Under the pieces are notes generated by a model. That model made no database searches, was not told the origin of the DNA, and saw only the letters and a program-made list of their open reading frames with translations. The translations under genes and the position numbers were made by a program. Of a DNA stretch of 64,000 nt, positions 52,437 through 64,000 are shown piece after piece (position 1 is the stretch's first letter; every line of letters begins with the position of its first letter). The stretch lies in NCBI GenBank assembly GCA_951406725.2, contig OX597833.1:70990001-71054000 (forward strand), in the 5' to 3' direction. Source of the DNA: Octopus vulgaris. Its lineage: Eukaryota.

Positions 52437-55400
52437 GATATAAAAACAATTTGTATGTATATACATTTGTTTCCTACCAGCCTTGTAAAGGAAGGCTTTG
52501 TTAAAATGGCGACGCTAATTGCTTCTTTTCTCATCTGCCGTACTCCAAGCAAACAAACTTTATGTTTTCATGCTTTCGTCTGCCGGGCCCAGCCACCCGC
52601 CGTCAACCACGCGCGGCTCTGTGTTGATTTGTTTTGTTTTATATACTTTTCGTTTTATTTTCGTAGTTATTTATTTATTTACTTGCTTGTCTTAGATAAA
52701 TATCTCTTCCTGTTTGTTGGAAATTATTTATTTTAGAACTTAAACCAAGCCAATCAGTCTGTTTGTGTCCCTTCCCTTCGTCCCCGGTGTGAACCTGGTA
52801 TTTAGCTAACAACCAAGTGTCAAAGCTAGAAAAAAAAAAAAATGTAACATAAACGAACCGAACCTACTATCTCTTTAGGGGGTCAATATGCTAATCACCG
52901 TAAATGAAAATAAAATAAAATGAGCAAGATAAGCTAGTGAGAGACGTTAAAAGACTTTACGAAGAGAAATTATTGTTACAAACAGGGCGGCGAACTGGCA
53001 GACTCGTTTGCACACCAGACACAGTGCTTAGCGGCATTTCGTCCGTCTTTAAGTTCAGGGTTCAATTTCTGCCGAGATCAACTTTGCCTTTTATCCATTC
53101 GAAGGTCGATAAAATAAGAACCAGTTGAGTATTGGGGTCGATTTATCTCGACATCGAAATTGTTAGCCTTGTGTCAAAATTTGAAACCATTATCACAAAC
53201 GGGATCCACGGAGTTTCCACGTTCTAGAATAGTCTTTACTTTTATTCTTGATTCATACATGGATATTTATATACGGCATTGTTTCCTTACTTTAAGGATT
53301 TTGCTTGTCCTTGAGTTCGTTCTGTAGTTAAGGTTGTTTAAAGCCTAACACTCAAACACAAGATACGATAACGAGAATAATATTGTTTTTCTTTTTTTTT
53401 TATCGGAGGGTTAAGAAATTCGTTTCCCAAAAAGCAGTTTCGGTTTTGAACACACTATATGGTTCCTTGGGCCTTTTTACCACAGTAATATTGGGTTGTG
53501 TGTGAGAGGAATTTGGTTTACAGAAACTCCGAAGATGTCCGCCGTTAAGTATACTCACACAGAAAAGAAACCATCGTTTTAACGTCCAATTTCCCCCATT
53601 ATTTGCATAGCTCAGACGGAGTTTGTTGAGACAGATTTTCAACGGATGAACTCCCTTCCGGACGCCAGCCCTTATTTGTTTCCAAGCAATGCAATGTTTG
53701 CTCAAACCCCTTTGCAGAATGTTCGAATACTGGAAATGGACAACAGTCATTTATTAAGTTGGAAAGAAAGTTCGGTCGCGTTTTTCACGTGATCACATTC
53801 TTTCATTCTTTTACTTGTTTCGGTCATTTGACGGAGACCATGCTGGAGCACCGCCTTAATGGATTTTTACTCGAAGAACTCGACAACCGCTATGTCCCCC
53901 CACCCCACCAGCGCTTCACAACCGACGTTGGTATGCTTACGTCCCCGTAACTTAGGGGTTCGGCAAAAGACCGATAGGATAAGTACTAGGCTTATAAAGA
54001 ATAAGTCCTGGGTCGATTTGCTCCAGCACGGCCGCAGTCAAATGACTGAAACAAATAAAAGAATATATATATGTAAGATAGGAGCTACAAATAGTTTCTT
54101 GACATGTTTATTAGGCAGGTGTTTAAAACAAGCCTCGTGTCTCCGAGCAATCTTCAGAGCCGACCGTTATACTGTGTACATTAAATGATATATATATACG
54201 ACGGACTTCTTTCAGTTTGTCAACAAAATCCACTCACAAAATGCTACACAATGGAATTGAAAACTGTAGTTGGGTCGCAAACTTCATGACCAAAGTCATA
54301 CCTAACAACAGACGCCTTTCGCCTTTGTTGAAGCTTGTGAATGTCGTATGCCTAATTGTCGTCTGCTTAAATGAAATTCGTCTTCGATACGTACGAAACA
54401 CCACATAAAATAGTCACTGATATTGCAGAAGCTTGTCAAGCTGTGGAAAAACTCGGTGAACGCAATTGAAACAACATATAAATCGTCTTTCTAACACCGA
54501 TCGATAGTGCGACAATAATTTTTAATCCTATTTTCAATTGTGGGAATTTTAATTCTTTATTATTAAAGCTTTTCATATTTTCACCAAATATTTTCAAAAA
54601 TGCACTTCTAATGTTGTTTTGCATGCTGATGATAAAAATCATATTCCTTTCTTCTAAAAATTAAAGAAATTACAACCATTTAAAGTTACCTAATTTTAAC
54701 CGAAGCGATTCACTGCCACCATCTCGTTATGAAAACCGGCAAAGACGACGAAGACGAAACCTTTACGTGGTCTATTGACCTACTAGAAATAACAGCCAAA
54801 TCTTTCTTAAGCTACACTATAACGTCTAAAAACACGAAAGGAGGACATGTTAATGGTGTAGTTGGGGGCATTAGATTTGTTTTCATTCATAACTACAAGA
54901 CCAAGGCGTCGTAATATTGCCCTAAATTCTCAACAACAATGAATGTGTTTATTATATGTAATCATAAACACATCGCTGAGAACGTGTTTATTATTAAAAC
55001 ATATAATGTGTTCATGTCTATATACAATACGATGCATTGTTGCTCGAATGACTGAAAAAAACGAAAACCAATACCTACCGCTAACACCATATAATGTGCC
55101 ATATCTGATGTCGTTTAATGAAATGCTTGAAGTGGTTGGAAAAAATTTAACCTTACTGCATTCTATAACAATGATGTTTCCTTCATTCAAGAATCACGTT
55201 TTAGGTTGGGGCTGCTCAAAACTATTGCTGAACATGCCAAGCAACATGGCGACTGGACCAGTAGCCATGTTGTAAGTCTTGCTCAACAACTTGTAGTTTG
55301 TAGCTAATTATTTACGTCTGATGTTATTGTGTAATGTCGTAGCAGGGGCATTGTCAGCTGGAGAATTAAACTGACTGGCAACAGACGATATCTGCAACAG

Positions 55401-55569
55401 TTATACATGTGCTGGCCTATGAATGGCTAATAAGGCTTCATCGTTGTTCTGTTCATTGCGATTCTGTTACTCGTAAAATTCTTATTAACGCATGGATAAT
55501 TGACAGAAGTAATAAATATATTAACCATTAGTAATATGATTTTGCGTACACACACACACACATATATAT

Positions 55570-55759
55570 ATAACGGGAAGGTTTACGAAAATAAACAAAA
55601 GACGAAGGCAGGTGGAGTACAAACAAACAAATGTATTAGTATGGCGCTCAGGAATAGAAATAAAACAAGTCTTTTACGTTTCGAGCCTACGCTCTTCCAC
55701 AGAAAGATACACAGAAAAGAAACAAGGAGAGAGAAAAATTGCGTGTAGGGGCTAACGAT

Positions 55760-55760
<1 letters not shown>
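55570..55760 (-). mobile_element. Second copy of the Penelope-like short element with variant hammerhead motif (55670-55707)
   Basis: Reverse complement TCTTT-CTGTGGAA-GAGCGTAGGCTC-GAAA-CG-TA-AAAGA; flanked by (TA)n. Confidence 0.55.
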
Positions 55761-55797
<37 letters not shown>

Positions 55798-56095
55798 GTT
55801 ATAAGCAACAAGTAGTATTAGATGAAGATAGCCATCTATTGTTAATGTAAATACATTGCGAAAAGGGAAATTTACCACGGTATTTGTCCTGAGATAATAT
55901 CACTTGTAGTAATGCTTTTTGTTTCAAAACATTTGAAAAGCATTGAGTACCAATCGAATGAGAGTTAGCTTGCTTTAAAGCCATATAGAAGGCATCTCCC
56001 ATTGTTGGAGCGACTGAGGACCGAATCGGTCTCGTGATCCTGTCATCTGCTGGAGGGTGATAGGTGTTCGCTCCCTTGCTGGCTATATATATATA

Positions 56096-56224
56096 CAGCG
56101 TGGAAAGTGTTTATAAGCCACTTAAGAAACACAAAAAACCGTTAGGGCAAATTAAGTTTAAATGTTGAAGTGAACCTAACGGTTTTTGTGTTTTTTAAAT
56201 GGCGTATAAACACCTTCCACGCTG
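56096..56224. repeat. Inverted repeat with ~50-bp arms next to (TA)n
   Basis: CAGCGTGGAAAGTGTTTATA...CCGTTAGG / CCTAACGG...TATAAACACCTTCCACGCTG. Confidence 0.8.
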
Positions 56225-57858
56225 CAATTGTTTTCGTACCAGCACACGATCTCAGATCAGGTCACTTGCTATGCAAGTACATCTCCGTAATATATATATG
56301 CACAGGGTGCAGTGTTGCACCGATAACCAGCTGGCTGGGGTTAAACTGGTAGTAACATTCAACCAGTTGATGTGGCGATTAACTTTACTTGTTAGTATAG
56401 TTACTACTCTTGTCTCTTAGGATTTTACAGCTAGCTTCTTTGCTTGAAAAAATCGGCCAAAATTGGTCTGGAGGTGGGGGATTCTTACATTTTCAAAAAA
56501 TTTCTGTAAAAAAGCTTTTCAACATCATTTGTAAGGGTGTGGTAAAAATAGGAAACATCTTCTTCAAAACCGGGGAAAATCCAACTTATGTGGGTGTGCT
56601 ATTCTGAAAGCTCACCAAGGTGTTCTATTTTGAAAATTACCCGGCAAGGACGGGATGCTCCATTGGTACTTTATAAACACAAACAAATCCTGTGTCTGGA
56701 TGTCTATTATTTCATCACGAATCTTTTCAACTGAGAAGCGAAATATGAAACCCGTCAAACAGTGTCTTGCATAGGCGTAGAGTCAAAGTCCTTCTTTGGT
56801 TGCAATACTATTCTCATTAATATTAATTTCAAATTTTGGCACAAGGCCAGCAATTTGGGAGCAGGGGGTAAGATGATTACATCATAGACCCCAGGGCTTA
56901 TATGCTACTTATTTAATTCATCAACCTCGAGAGGACGAAGAGCAAAGTCAACCTCGGCGGAATTTCAACTCAGAACGTAAAGATAATGGACGAAACACGT
57001 GGGCCCCGATTATGCTAGGGATTCCGTTAGCTCGGCGCCTTTCTTGCCCTTAATATCAGCATCGTACAAAGAACAAATAATTCAGTTGATGGACAGCTGA
57101 ACACCTCATTTTCGAACGACGGGGATCCACCTCAAAACCCATCACGTGATCCTCCCCCCGCCATCACCACCAAAGAAAAAAACAAAAATAAAGAAACAGA
57201 GAAGAAGACCAGAGAAACAAAAAACAAAACAAAGAAATACTAGGCGTGGCTGAGTATTTGTCAGCGCAGTTCAAGCTGGCCGTGAACTGGCTTTTCTTTT
57301 CAAATTCTTGGAATTTTAGGATATTTTTGCTTCGAAATTCTCTTTGTTTATTCATTTCTTTTTCCTTTTTTTTATACCTTCGTAGGATGGGTGCGTATTG
57401 TTATTGTTGTTGCTGTTGCAGGCGAAGACAAGAACATTTTGAACTTTAAACGGCATGGCTCTCTCTTTCTCTCTCTCTCTCTCCCTATCTCTCCCCTTCT
57501 CTCTCACTTTTTTCTCTCCCCCCTTCTCTCTCTCATTGTTATTGTTTAACCTCTGTGTCAATCCCGATGGAATAGTTTTACGATAGGAGGCGTTCCAACC
57601 GTAACCAACCCATTTGTATGTGTGTGCATGTAATAAACCTTCTAGGCGCAGGTGTGGCTATGTGGTAAGAAGCTTGCTTCTCAACCACATGGCTCCGGGT
57701 TCAGTCCTACTGCGTGGCCGGGCGAAATGCGCAGCCGTATTTCGTCTGCCGTTACGTTCTGAATTCAAATTCCGCCGAGGTCGATAAATTAAGTACCAGT
57801 TACGCACTGGGGTCTGTCCTTGTTTAGCCCCTTGTGGGTAGTAAAGAAACAAATTCTC

Positions 57859-57943
57859 AACCACATGGTTCCGTGTTCAGTCCTACAGCATGGCACTTAC
57901 GCAAGGTGCCATGCTGTAGGACTGAGCACGGAACCATGTGGTT
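57859..57943. repeat. Hairpin formed by a folded-back SINE-A head (~39-bp arms)
   Basis: AACCACATGGTTCCGTGTTCAGTCCTACAGCATGGCAC followed after a short loop by its near-perfect reverse complement. Confidence 0.9.
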
Positions 57944-57945
57944 TG

Positions 57946-59011
57946 TGTGTGTGTGTGTGACTTTGTGATTGGGTTTGTCCCCCTCCACACCACCGCCGCT
58001 GCTTGACAACTGGTGTTGGTTTGTATACGTCCCTGTAACTTAGAGGTTCAACAAAAGAGACTCAGAGAATAAGAACCAAGCTGCAGACGTAGGCATTGGT
58101 ATCGATTTCTTGGATTAAAACATTTCAAGGCGATACCCCAGCATGGCCGCAGTCGAATGACTGAAATAAAAGCTAAAAGATAATATGGCGAAGAAATTGA
58201 AGCAAAGTGTATCAATTAAAAGCGAAAGACAAATACTAATTACTCTTCTTTGTACGTGTAATTAATTATGTGTTGTCTGTAAAACAACTACGAGTGTACA
58301 GAAGAGAGGAAGAGTGCTCCGGTTGGTTTCGGGGTCTTTCCTTTCCTATCGTCTGCCGGCAGAAAAAAATGGAAGACGTTCAAATATAACTCAAGCGTAT
58401 TTTACGATTATTGCCTTTATTATCGATCGCTGAAGATTTTGCCGATTATTAACGATTATTTCTGTACCTCTCACTTTCAATCGATGCAGTTTGGACATTA
58501 TTTGATAACCACAGTTTGGTGTTCCTCGCCTCTCCTGATGAATTTGTTGTCTCATAACTTTCCCCCCAAAACACATATTTCAGTAAAATTTTGCAGAAAA
58601 ACGTTATAGTTACGATTAAGTCGATTAAAATGGTTTTTTTTTAAATTTACCCATTTGGAAGAAGAGTTGGAGATTATTTTCACCCCATCCCTGATATCGT
58701 TACCCCTTTTTCTCGTAAATTGAGATTTTTTCAATTTCGCCTTTAATTGATACACTTTGCTTCAATTTGTTCGCCATATTATCTTTTAGCTTTTATTTCA
58801 GTCATTGGACTGCGGCCATGCTGGGGTACCGCCTTGAAATGTTTTAATCCAAGAAATCGATACCAATGCCAACGCCTGCAGCTTGGTTCTTATTCTCTGC
58901 GTTTCTTTTGTTGAACCTCTAAGTTACAGGGACGTATACAAACCAACACCAGTTGTCAAGCAGCGGCGGTGGTGTGGAGGGGAGAAACCCAATCACAAAG
59001 TCACACACACA
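57946..59011. repeat. ~280-bp inverted duplication (57946-58227 / 58735-59011) with ~510-bp spacer
   Basis: Arms share the 3' half of a SINE plus adjacent unique flank, with few mismatches. Confidence 0.9.
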
Positions 59012-59416
59012 CTCTCACACATACATGTTTTCCAAGTTCTTCCCCCACCCCTAGATTTACATTTGGAACACCAACAATACGTAATGTACACACACTAGAA
59101 AACGTGTTTTTCTGTAAAATGTAGTTTAAAAACATGCATTTTAGACAGTTGAGAAAATAATGTCGAAAAAGAATGACGTGTGTATGAGAGGCGGTGGGGA
59201 GAATCATGTGCAAAACGAGACAAAAAAAATTAATGTTAGCAACAGAATCATAATTCACATCCTCAAAATTGCACTTCTACAAATTTTCATTTAAAAAAAA
59301 AATGTATTTTCCAAAAAGTTATGAGGAAACAAAATCAGGGGCAAAATCACCAAATCGTAATTTTTCCCATTTAATTTGTTTATATAATATATAATCTATA
59401 TATTAATATATAATTT

Positions 59417-59453
<37 letters not shown>

Positions 59454-59663
59454 TATTTCTTTATTGCCCACAAGGGGCTAAACACAGAGGAGACAAACAA
59501 GGACAGACAAAGGGATTAAGTCGATTACATCGGCCCCTGTGCGAAACTGGTACTTAATTTATCGACCCCGAAAGGTTGAAAGGCAAAGTCGACCTCGGCG
59601 GAATTTGAACTCAGAACGTAACGTGCTAACGTTTCTGTCAGCTCGCCGCCTTGTAATATATAT

Positions 59664-59804
59664 ATTTATTTTATAGAAGGAGCTTCTACAGAACTAGAAC
59701 TGTTTCATTCAAAAGAAATCATCAGGAAGCATCAGGAGCTTCCTGATGATTTCTTTTGAATGAAACAGTTCTAGTCCTGTAGAAGCTCCTTCTATAAAAT
59801 AAAT
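59664..59804. ncRNA. Palindrome (67-bp arms) made of two back-to-back type I hammerhead-like motifs
   Basis: Plus copy 59735-59789: GGAGCUUC-CUGAUGA-uUUC(UUUU)GAAu-GAAA-CAG(loop)CUG-UA^GAAGCUCC; mirror copy on the minus strand. Confidence 0.65.
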
Positions 59805-59869
59805 TAATTTACTCTGCTATGTATTGAGTACCTTATTTACTGTGGTTAACCCCGACTCAACCCGGGACC

Positions 59870-59913
<44 letters not shown>

Positions 59914-60404
59914 CGTAATTTATTATAATAAATATTTTAAAAATTACAGTAAGTTCGGTTGGTCTCACATGAGAATTGAAACCGGGACGCAACTGTAACA
60001 AAGTCGCAGATACTTTAAGGCAGCAGCCGCCCCACGTGGTGACAATGTTTTCTGCCACTCAACACGAGAACATTCGTCAAGGTTGATCTTTCCCTCCTCC
60101 TCCTCCTTCTCCTATTCCCCCTCCCTCGATACATCCTTCCATGTTTCAACGCGACACGTGGTCGTTCGCGCGCCTACTCTAAACTTTTTTGCCGATTTAA
60201 AGAAAAAACAACTGGTTCACTGCACACAATTCATTCGCCCGCTTTTAGTTCGTCTGCTCTTTCTATCTGCCCTACATTTTCTTTTGTTTTCTGACACAAA
60301 ACACCGAGACCTAGTCTTCCAAAATTTCAATTGACATACATGCACACACACACACACATATATAAAATACAAAATGGGACAAGAACGCAAAACATCCAGA
60401 TAGG

Positions 60405-60444
<40 letters not shown>

Positions 60445-60934
60445 GGAGGGAGGGAGATACATATACACACACACATATATATAGAGAGAGAGAGAGATAT
60501 GTTAAATTTATATAGGGTAGAAAAAAATTTCTCTACTAGAGGCCAAGTATGTTATAGAAAGTTAATTGACATATTTTCTTTTTCATATAAAAATTAGAGT
60601 ACATTTATACACAAAGAGGCAATCCATTAACAGGTTGTCTAACTTGCTAGAAAGAACAGTCAAAAACATGGTAAATGTTTTTTTATTTTTCATTCCCTTC
60701 GAAATTGCTCTTATCTGTGGTTTGGACTCTTTGACTGTTCTTTCTAGTATGTTAGGCAACCAGTTAATGGCTTGCGTCTTTGCGTATAAATGTACACTAA
60801 TTTTTATATATAGATAGATAGATAGACATGTCTATATGATGGTTTAACTCTTAACTTTTCCTGCTTTTAATCTTTAAAGGCATAGACTAATGCTAAGCCA
60901 TACATTTGATTCAGCTATTTGTGTGTGTGTGTGC

Positions 60935-61097
60935 CACAGGAGTGGCTGTGTGGTAAGTAGCTTGTCTACCAACCACATGGTTCCGGGTTCAGTCCCACTG
61001 TGTGGCACCTTGGGCAAGTGTTTTCTGCTATAGCCTCGGGCCGACCAAAGCCTTGTGAGTGGATTTGGTAGACGGAAACTGAAAGAAGCCCGTCGTA

Positions 61098-61137
<40 letters not shown>

Positions 61138-61348
61138 TGTGTGTGTTTGTGTGTCAGTGTTTGTCCCCTAGCATTGCTTGATAACCGATGCTGGTGTGTT
61201 TATGTCCCCGTTGCTTAGCGGTTCGGCAAAAGAGACCGACAGAATAAGTACTGGGCTTACAAAAGAATAAGTCCCGGGGTCGAGTTGCTCGATCAAAGGC
61301 GGTGCTCCAGCATGGCCGCAGTCAAATGACTGAAACAAGTAAAAGAGT
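60935..61348 (+). mobile_element. SINE family A (full length)
   Basis: Matches consensus. Confidence 0.85.
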
Positions 61349-61399
61349 ATGCATACCCACTTGGTCATGCTTGAGTGTGTGTGTGTGTGTGTGTGTGTG

Positions 61400-62260
61400 T
61401 AGGGTGTTCGGGCTAAATTTGATAGTTTGCACAAAAGGAAAGAAACCGCAATATCACATCCAACAATGAAAACAGCTTCAAGAAGGTGACGCATGTGCTC
61501 CTCACTGTGCCCCCTAGGAAAGTTTTCTTTGGTGTTGGCCACTCGCTCGGCCTCAGTGTTGCAGACAGAGTGGTTAATGTTATTAACAACCACTGATGGT
61601 AATCCAATGGATTACAATTGGGCGGATTAAAGAGCCAGAAATCGGGGCTGGTGAAGACGTAGACATTCTCCGACAACCAGTTGTGACTCTTTTCGGTCGC
61701 ATGATAAAGCATTTGAACCCTGCTGCAACACATGTGGCCTTCCAGCAGCAAACCACCGAGGTCAGCCTTTGGCCGTAGTCTTCAGCAGCTTCACACAGCC
61801 GTCTCAATTGAGTCCAAACAAATGGTGGTGGAAGCAGTCCGTCGGTTACGACGACGAGGGTTCCGGTTGATCCGAATCAACGGAACAGCCTGCTCGTGAA
61901 ATTAACGTGTAAGTGGCTGAGCACTCCACAGACACATGTACCCTTAACATAGTTCTCGGGGATGTTCAGCGTGACACAGAGAGTGACAAGGCCGGCCCTT
62001 TGAAATACAGGTACAACAGAAACAGGAAGTAAGAGTGAGAGAAAGTTGTGGTGAAAGAGTACAGCAGGGATCACCACCATCCCCTGCCGGAGCCTCGTGG
62101 AGCTTTAGGTGTTTTCGCTCAATAAACACTCACAACGCCCGGTCTGGGAATCGAAACCGCGATCCTATGACCGCGAGTCCGCTGCCCTAACCACTAGGCC
62201 ATTGCGCCTCCACAGTTGAGTCCACGGCTCTGTTCAAAGATATGTGGCTAAATACCGACG
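61400..62260 (-). mobile_element. Degenerate Tc1/mariner transposase remnant interrupted by a SINE
   Basis: Minus strand fragments HIFEQ..LN.DGCVKLL...AAGRPHVLQQ and FTSPDFWLFNPPNCNPLDY correspond to the QQD.A..H and WPPNSPDLNPLDY motifs. Confidence 0.7.
61825..62213 (-). mobile_element. SINE family D with TSD TTGAGTCCA
   Basis: Homologous to 10956-11341; TSD at 61808-61816 and 62216-62224. Confidence 0.85.
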
Positions 62261-63821
62261 CCTGCTGTGTAATTCCTGCTGGCCACGGCTTCGCAGTCTC
62301 TGTCACTCACGTCTTGCAGCCTTTAGTCTTTACCGAACATTGAGCAGCCGTCGCGATGTCGGCATTTTGATACTCGGCGCGAATCGTGATGATACAACTC
62401 TTTGACAATATTCAGGCAGCGAGATGGCAGAATCGGTAGCGGCATTTCGTCCGTTCGAAACGTTCTCAATTCAAATTCTGCCTAGGTCGACTTTGCCTTT
62501 CATCCTTTCGAGGTCGATAGATTAAGTACCAGTGAAACACTGGGGTTCGAGGTAATTGACTTACTCCGTTCCCCTCGAAATCGTTGACCTTGTGCCAAAA
62601 TTCGAAGCCAATATTCAGACGGCTGCCACTCCTCGATGTCAGCTAACTTCTTCTCAACCTCAACTTCTATCTTAATACTCTCCAACGCCGTTGACTGTTT
62701 ACCAAACAGGACACACTGAAATCGTTAAATTTAGCTCGAACACTCTGGATATACATACATATTTGTGTATGTGTGTGTAGGCAAGTAAATAGGTGGTTAG
62801 GCAAGGCTATGTGGTTAAGAATCTTGATTCTCAACCATAGGGTCTTTGGTGCACTCCTACTGCACGGCACCCTGTGCAGGTGTCTTCTATTATATCCTGA
62901 GGCCCTGTGAATGGATTTGAGGGACAGGAACTGAATGAAGCCCGACGTATACGTAACTGGTATCTGTGTGTGTGTGTGTACGTTAATGTAAACCCTTGCA
63001 TCATGTGATGATTGTAAATGAGCATCACTGTTGTACAAGTGGTGTTGTTCGTTTCCTGTCTTCTACGGTGACACATTACTTTGCTTAGAAACAAGTGAAG
63101 GTTGGCGATAAGAAGGGGTGTCCGGCCGTAGACAAATTTACCTCTACATGGAAAAGTGGACGTTGAATGATGATGATGATGGTGCTGGTGGTGGTGGTGG
63201 TGTGTGTGTAGATATATATCTGTTTAATATTGCAGGGATTCCATGAAGAGTGACCTCGAAAACATTCAGTGTGGAGTTACATAGAATTACGTGGAAACGA
63301 GAAATAAAAGGGATTCCATACTCATGGTAACCCCACGAAACTACGCACGTCCCGACCCCTACGGCATGTACCTTCTTCCAACTGCAGGCGCATGTCCATT
63401 CACTTGGACCATGCTCTCATCTACCTTTCCACAAATTTGCTAGGAGAGAGAGAGATCTTTCCTCTTCAGCCTCATTCATGTTGAGAGCTTGACAGGCGTT
63501 TGCTTCTGGCCCTTGAAGTCTCGTCCACCACACAACCTCTTTCGCCGGGGTTATAAAAACTGTCCTTTGAGAGCAAAGGAACCTGATGGCATGATCTTCG
63601 CAATGGACTCGGCTGATAGCACCTTTCGTACATTGCACAAGCCAGGCGACAGGCTGACGGCCCTTACGTATCTGCCCCTCGGTAGCACTGCTAAGCCAAG
63701 GATTTATACACAGAACAAAGAGGTAACGATCGGGTTTGAAGTCGGTTCGATGAACAGATGCACGAAACTGTCAACTCTTGAGTCACCTTCATAACCTACT
63801 GACTAGGACTATCCATGCTTT

Positions 63822-63841
63822 AGACAGACAGACAGACAGAC

Positions 63842-63913
<72 letters not shown>

Positions 63914-63972
63914 GAATGGATAGATAGATAGATAGATAGAGATAAATATAGATAAATAGATAGGTAGACAGA
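63822..63972 (+). repeat. (GACA)n/(GATA)n compound microsatellite
   Basis: Direct reading. Confidence 0.95.
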
Positions 63973-64000
63973 CGGTGGTGGTAGTAGTAGTAGTAGTAGT

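Noticed and set aside
54070-54190. TA-flanked element with minus-strand CTGAAGA...GAAAC
   Set aside because: Helix I does not pair next to a valid cleavage triplet; at best a decayed motif.
56008-56040. GCGA-CTGAGGA-CC-GAAT-CGGTC-TCGT hammerhead-like string
   Set aside because: Lacks helix II and has GAAT instead of GAAA; not distinguishable from chance.
1-64000. CRISPR arrays, operons or other prokaryotic systems
   Set aside because: The sequence is eukaryotic with spliceosomal introns; no regular repeat-spacer array was seen.

Overview
AT-rich, repeat-dense eukaryotic DNA. The SINE and microsatellite content suggests an octopod cephalopod (inference). Most ORFs in the supplied track are artefacts of SINEs and microsatellites. 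One gene is clearly supported: a complete 7-exon HPF1 (histone PARylation factor 1, + strand, 4090-12994, 452 aa) with an N-terminal PBZ zinc finger and an intact ANDECDYG catalytic motif. It probably shares a bidirectional promoter with a minus-strand transcript. A second, unidentified gene has a large terminal exon at 49807-50692 that encodes two tandem ~120-aa repeats and may be preceded by micro-exons. The rest is three or four SINE families, CR1- and RTE-like LINE fragments, a Tc1/mariner remnant, MITEs and long palindromes. The most striking unannotated signal is a set of hammerhead-ribozyme-like motifs in four architectures. These are a type I motif with a long helix I inside a 349-bp tandem unit in an HPF1 intron, a back-to-back palindromic pair, two copies of a variant-core minimal motif, and a candidate non-circularly permuted hammerhead at 15972-16037. 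All folds were worked out by hand and none is tested.
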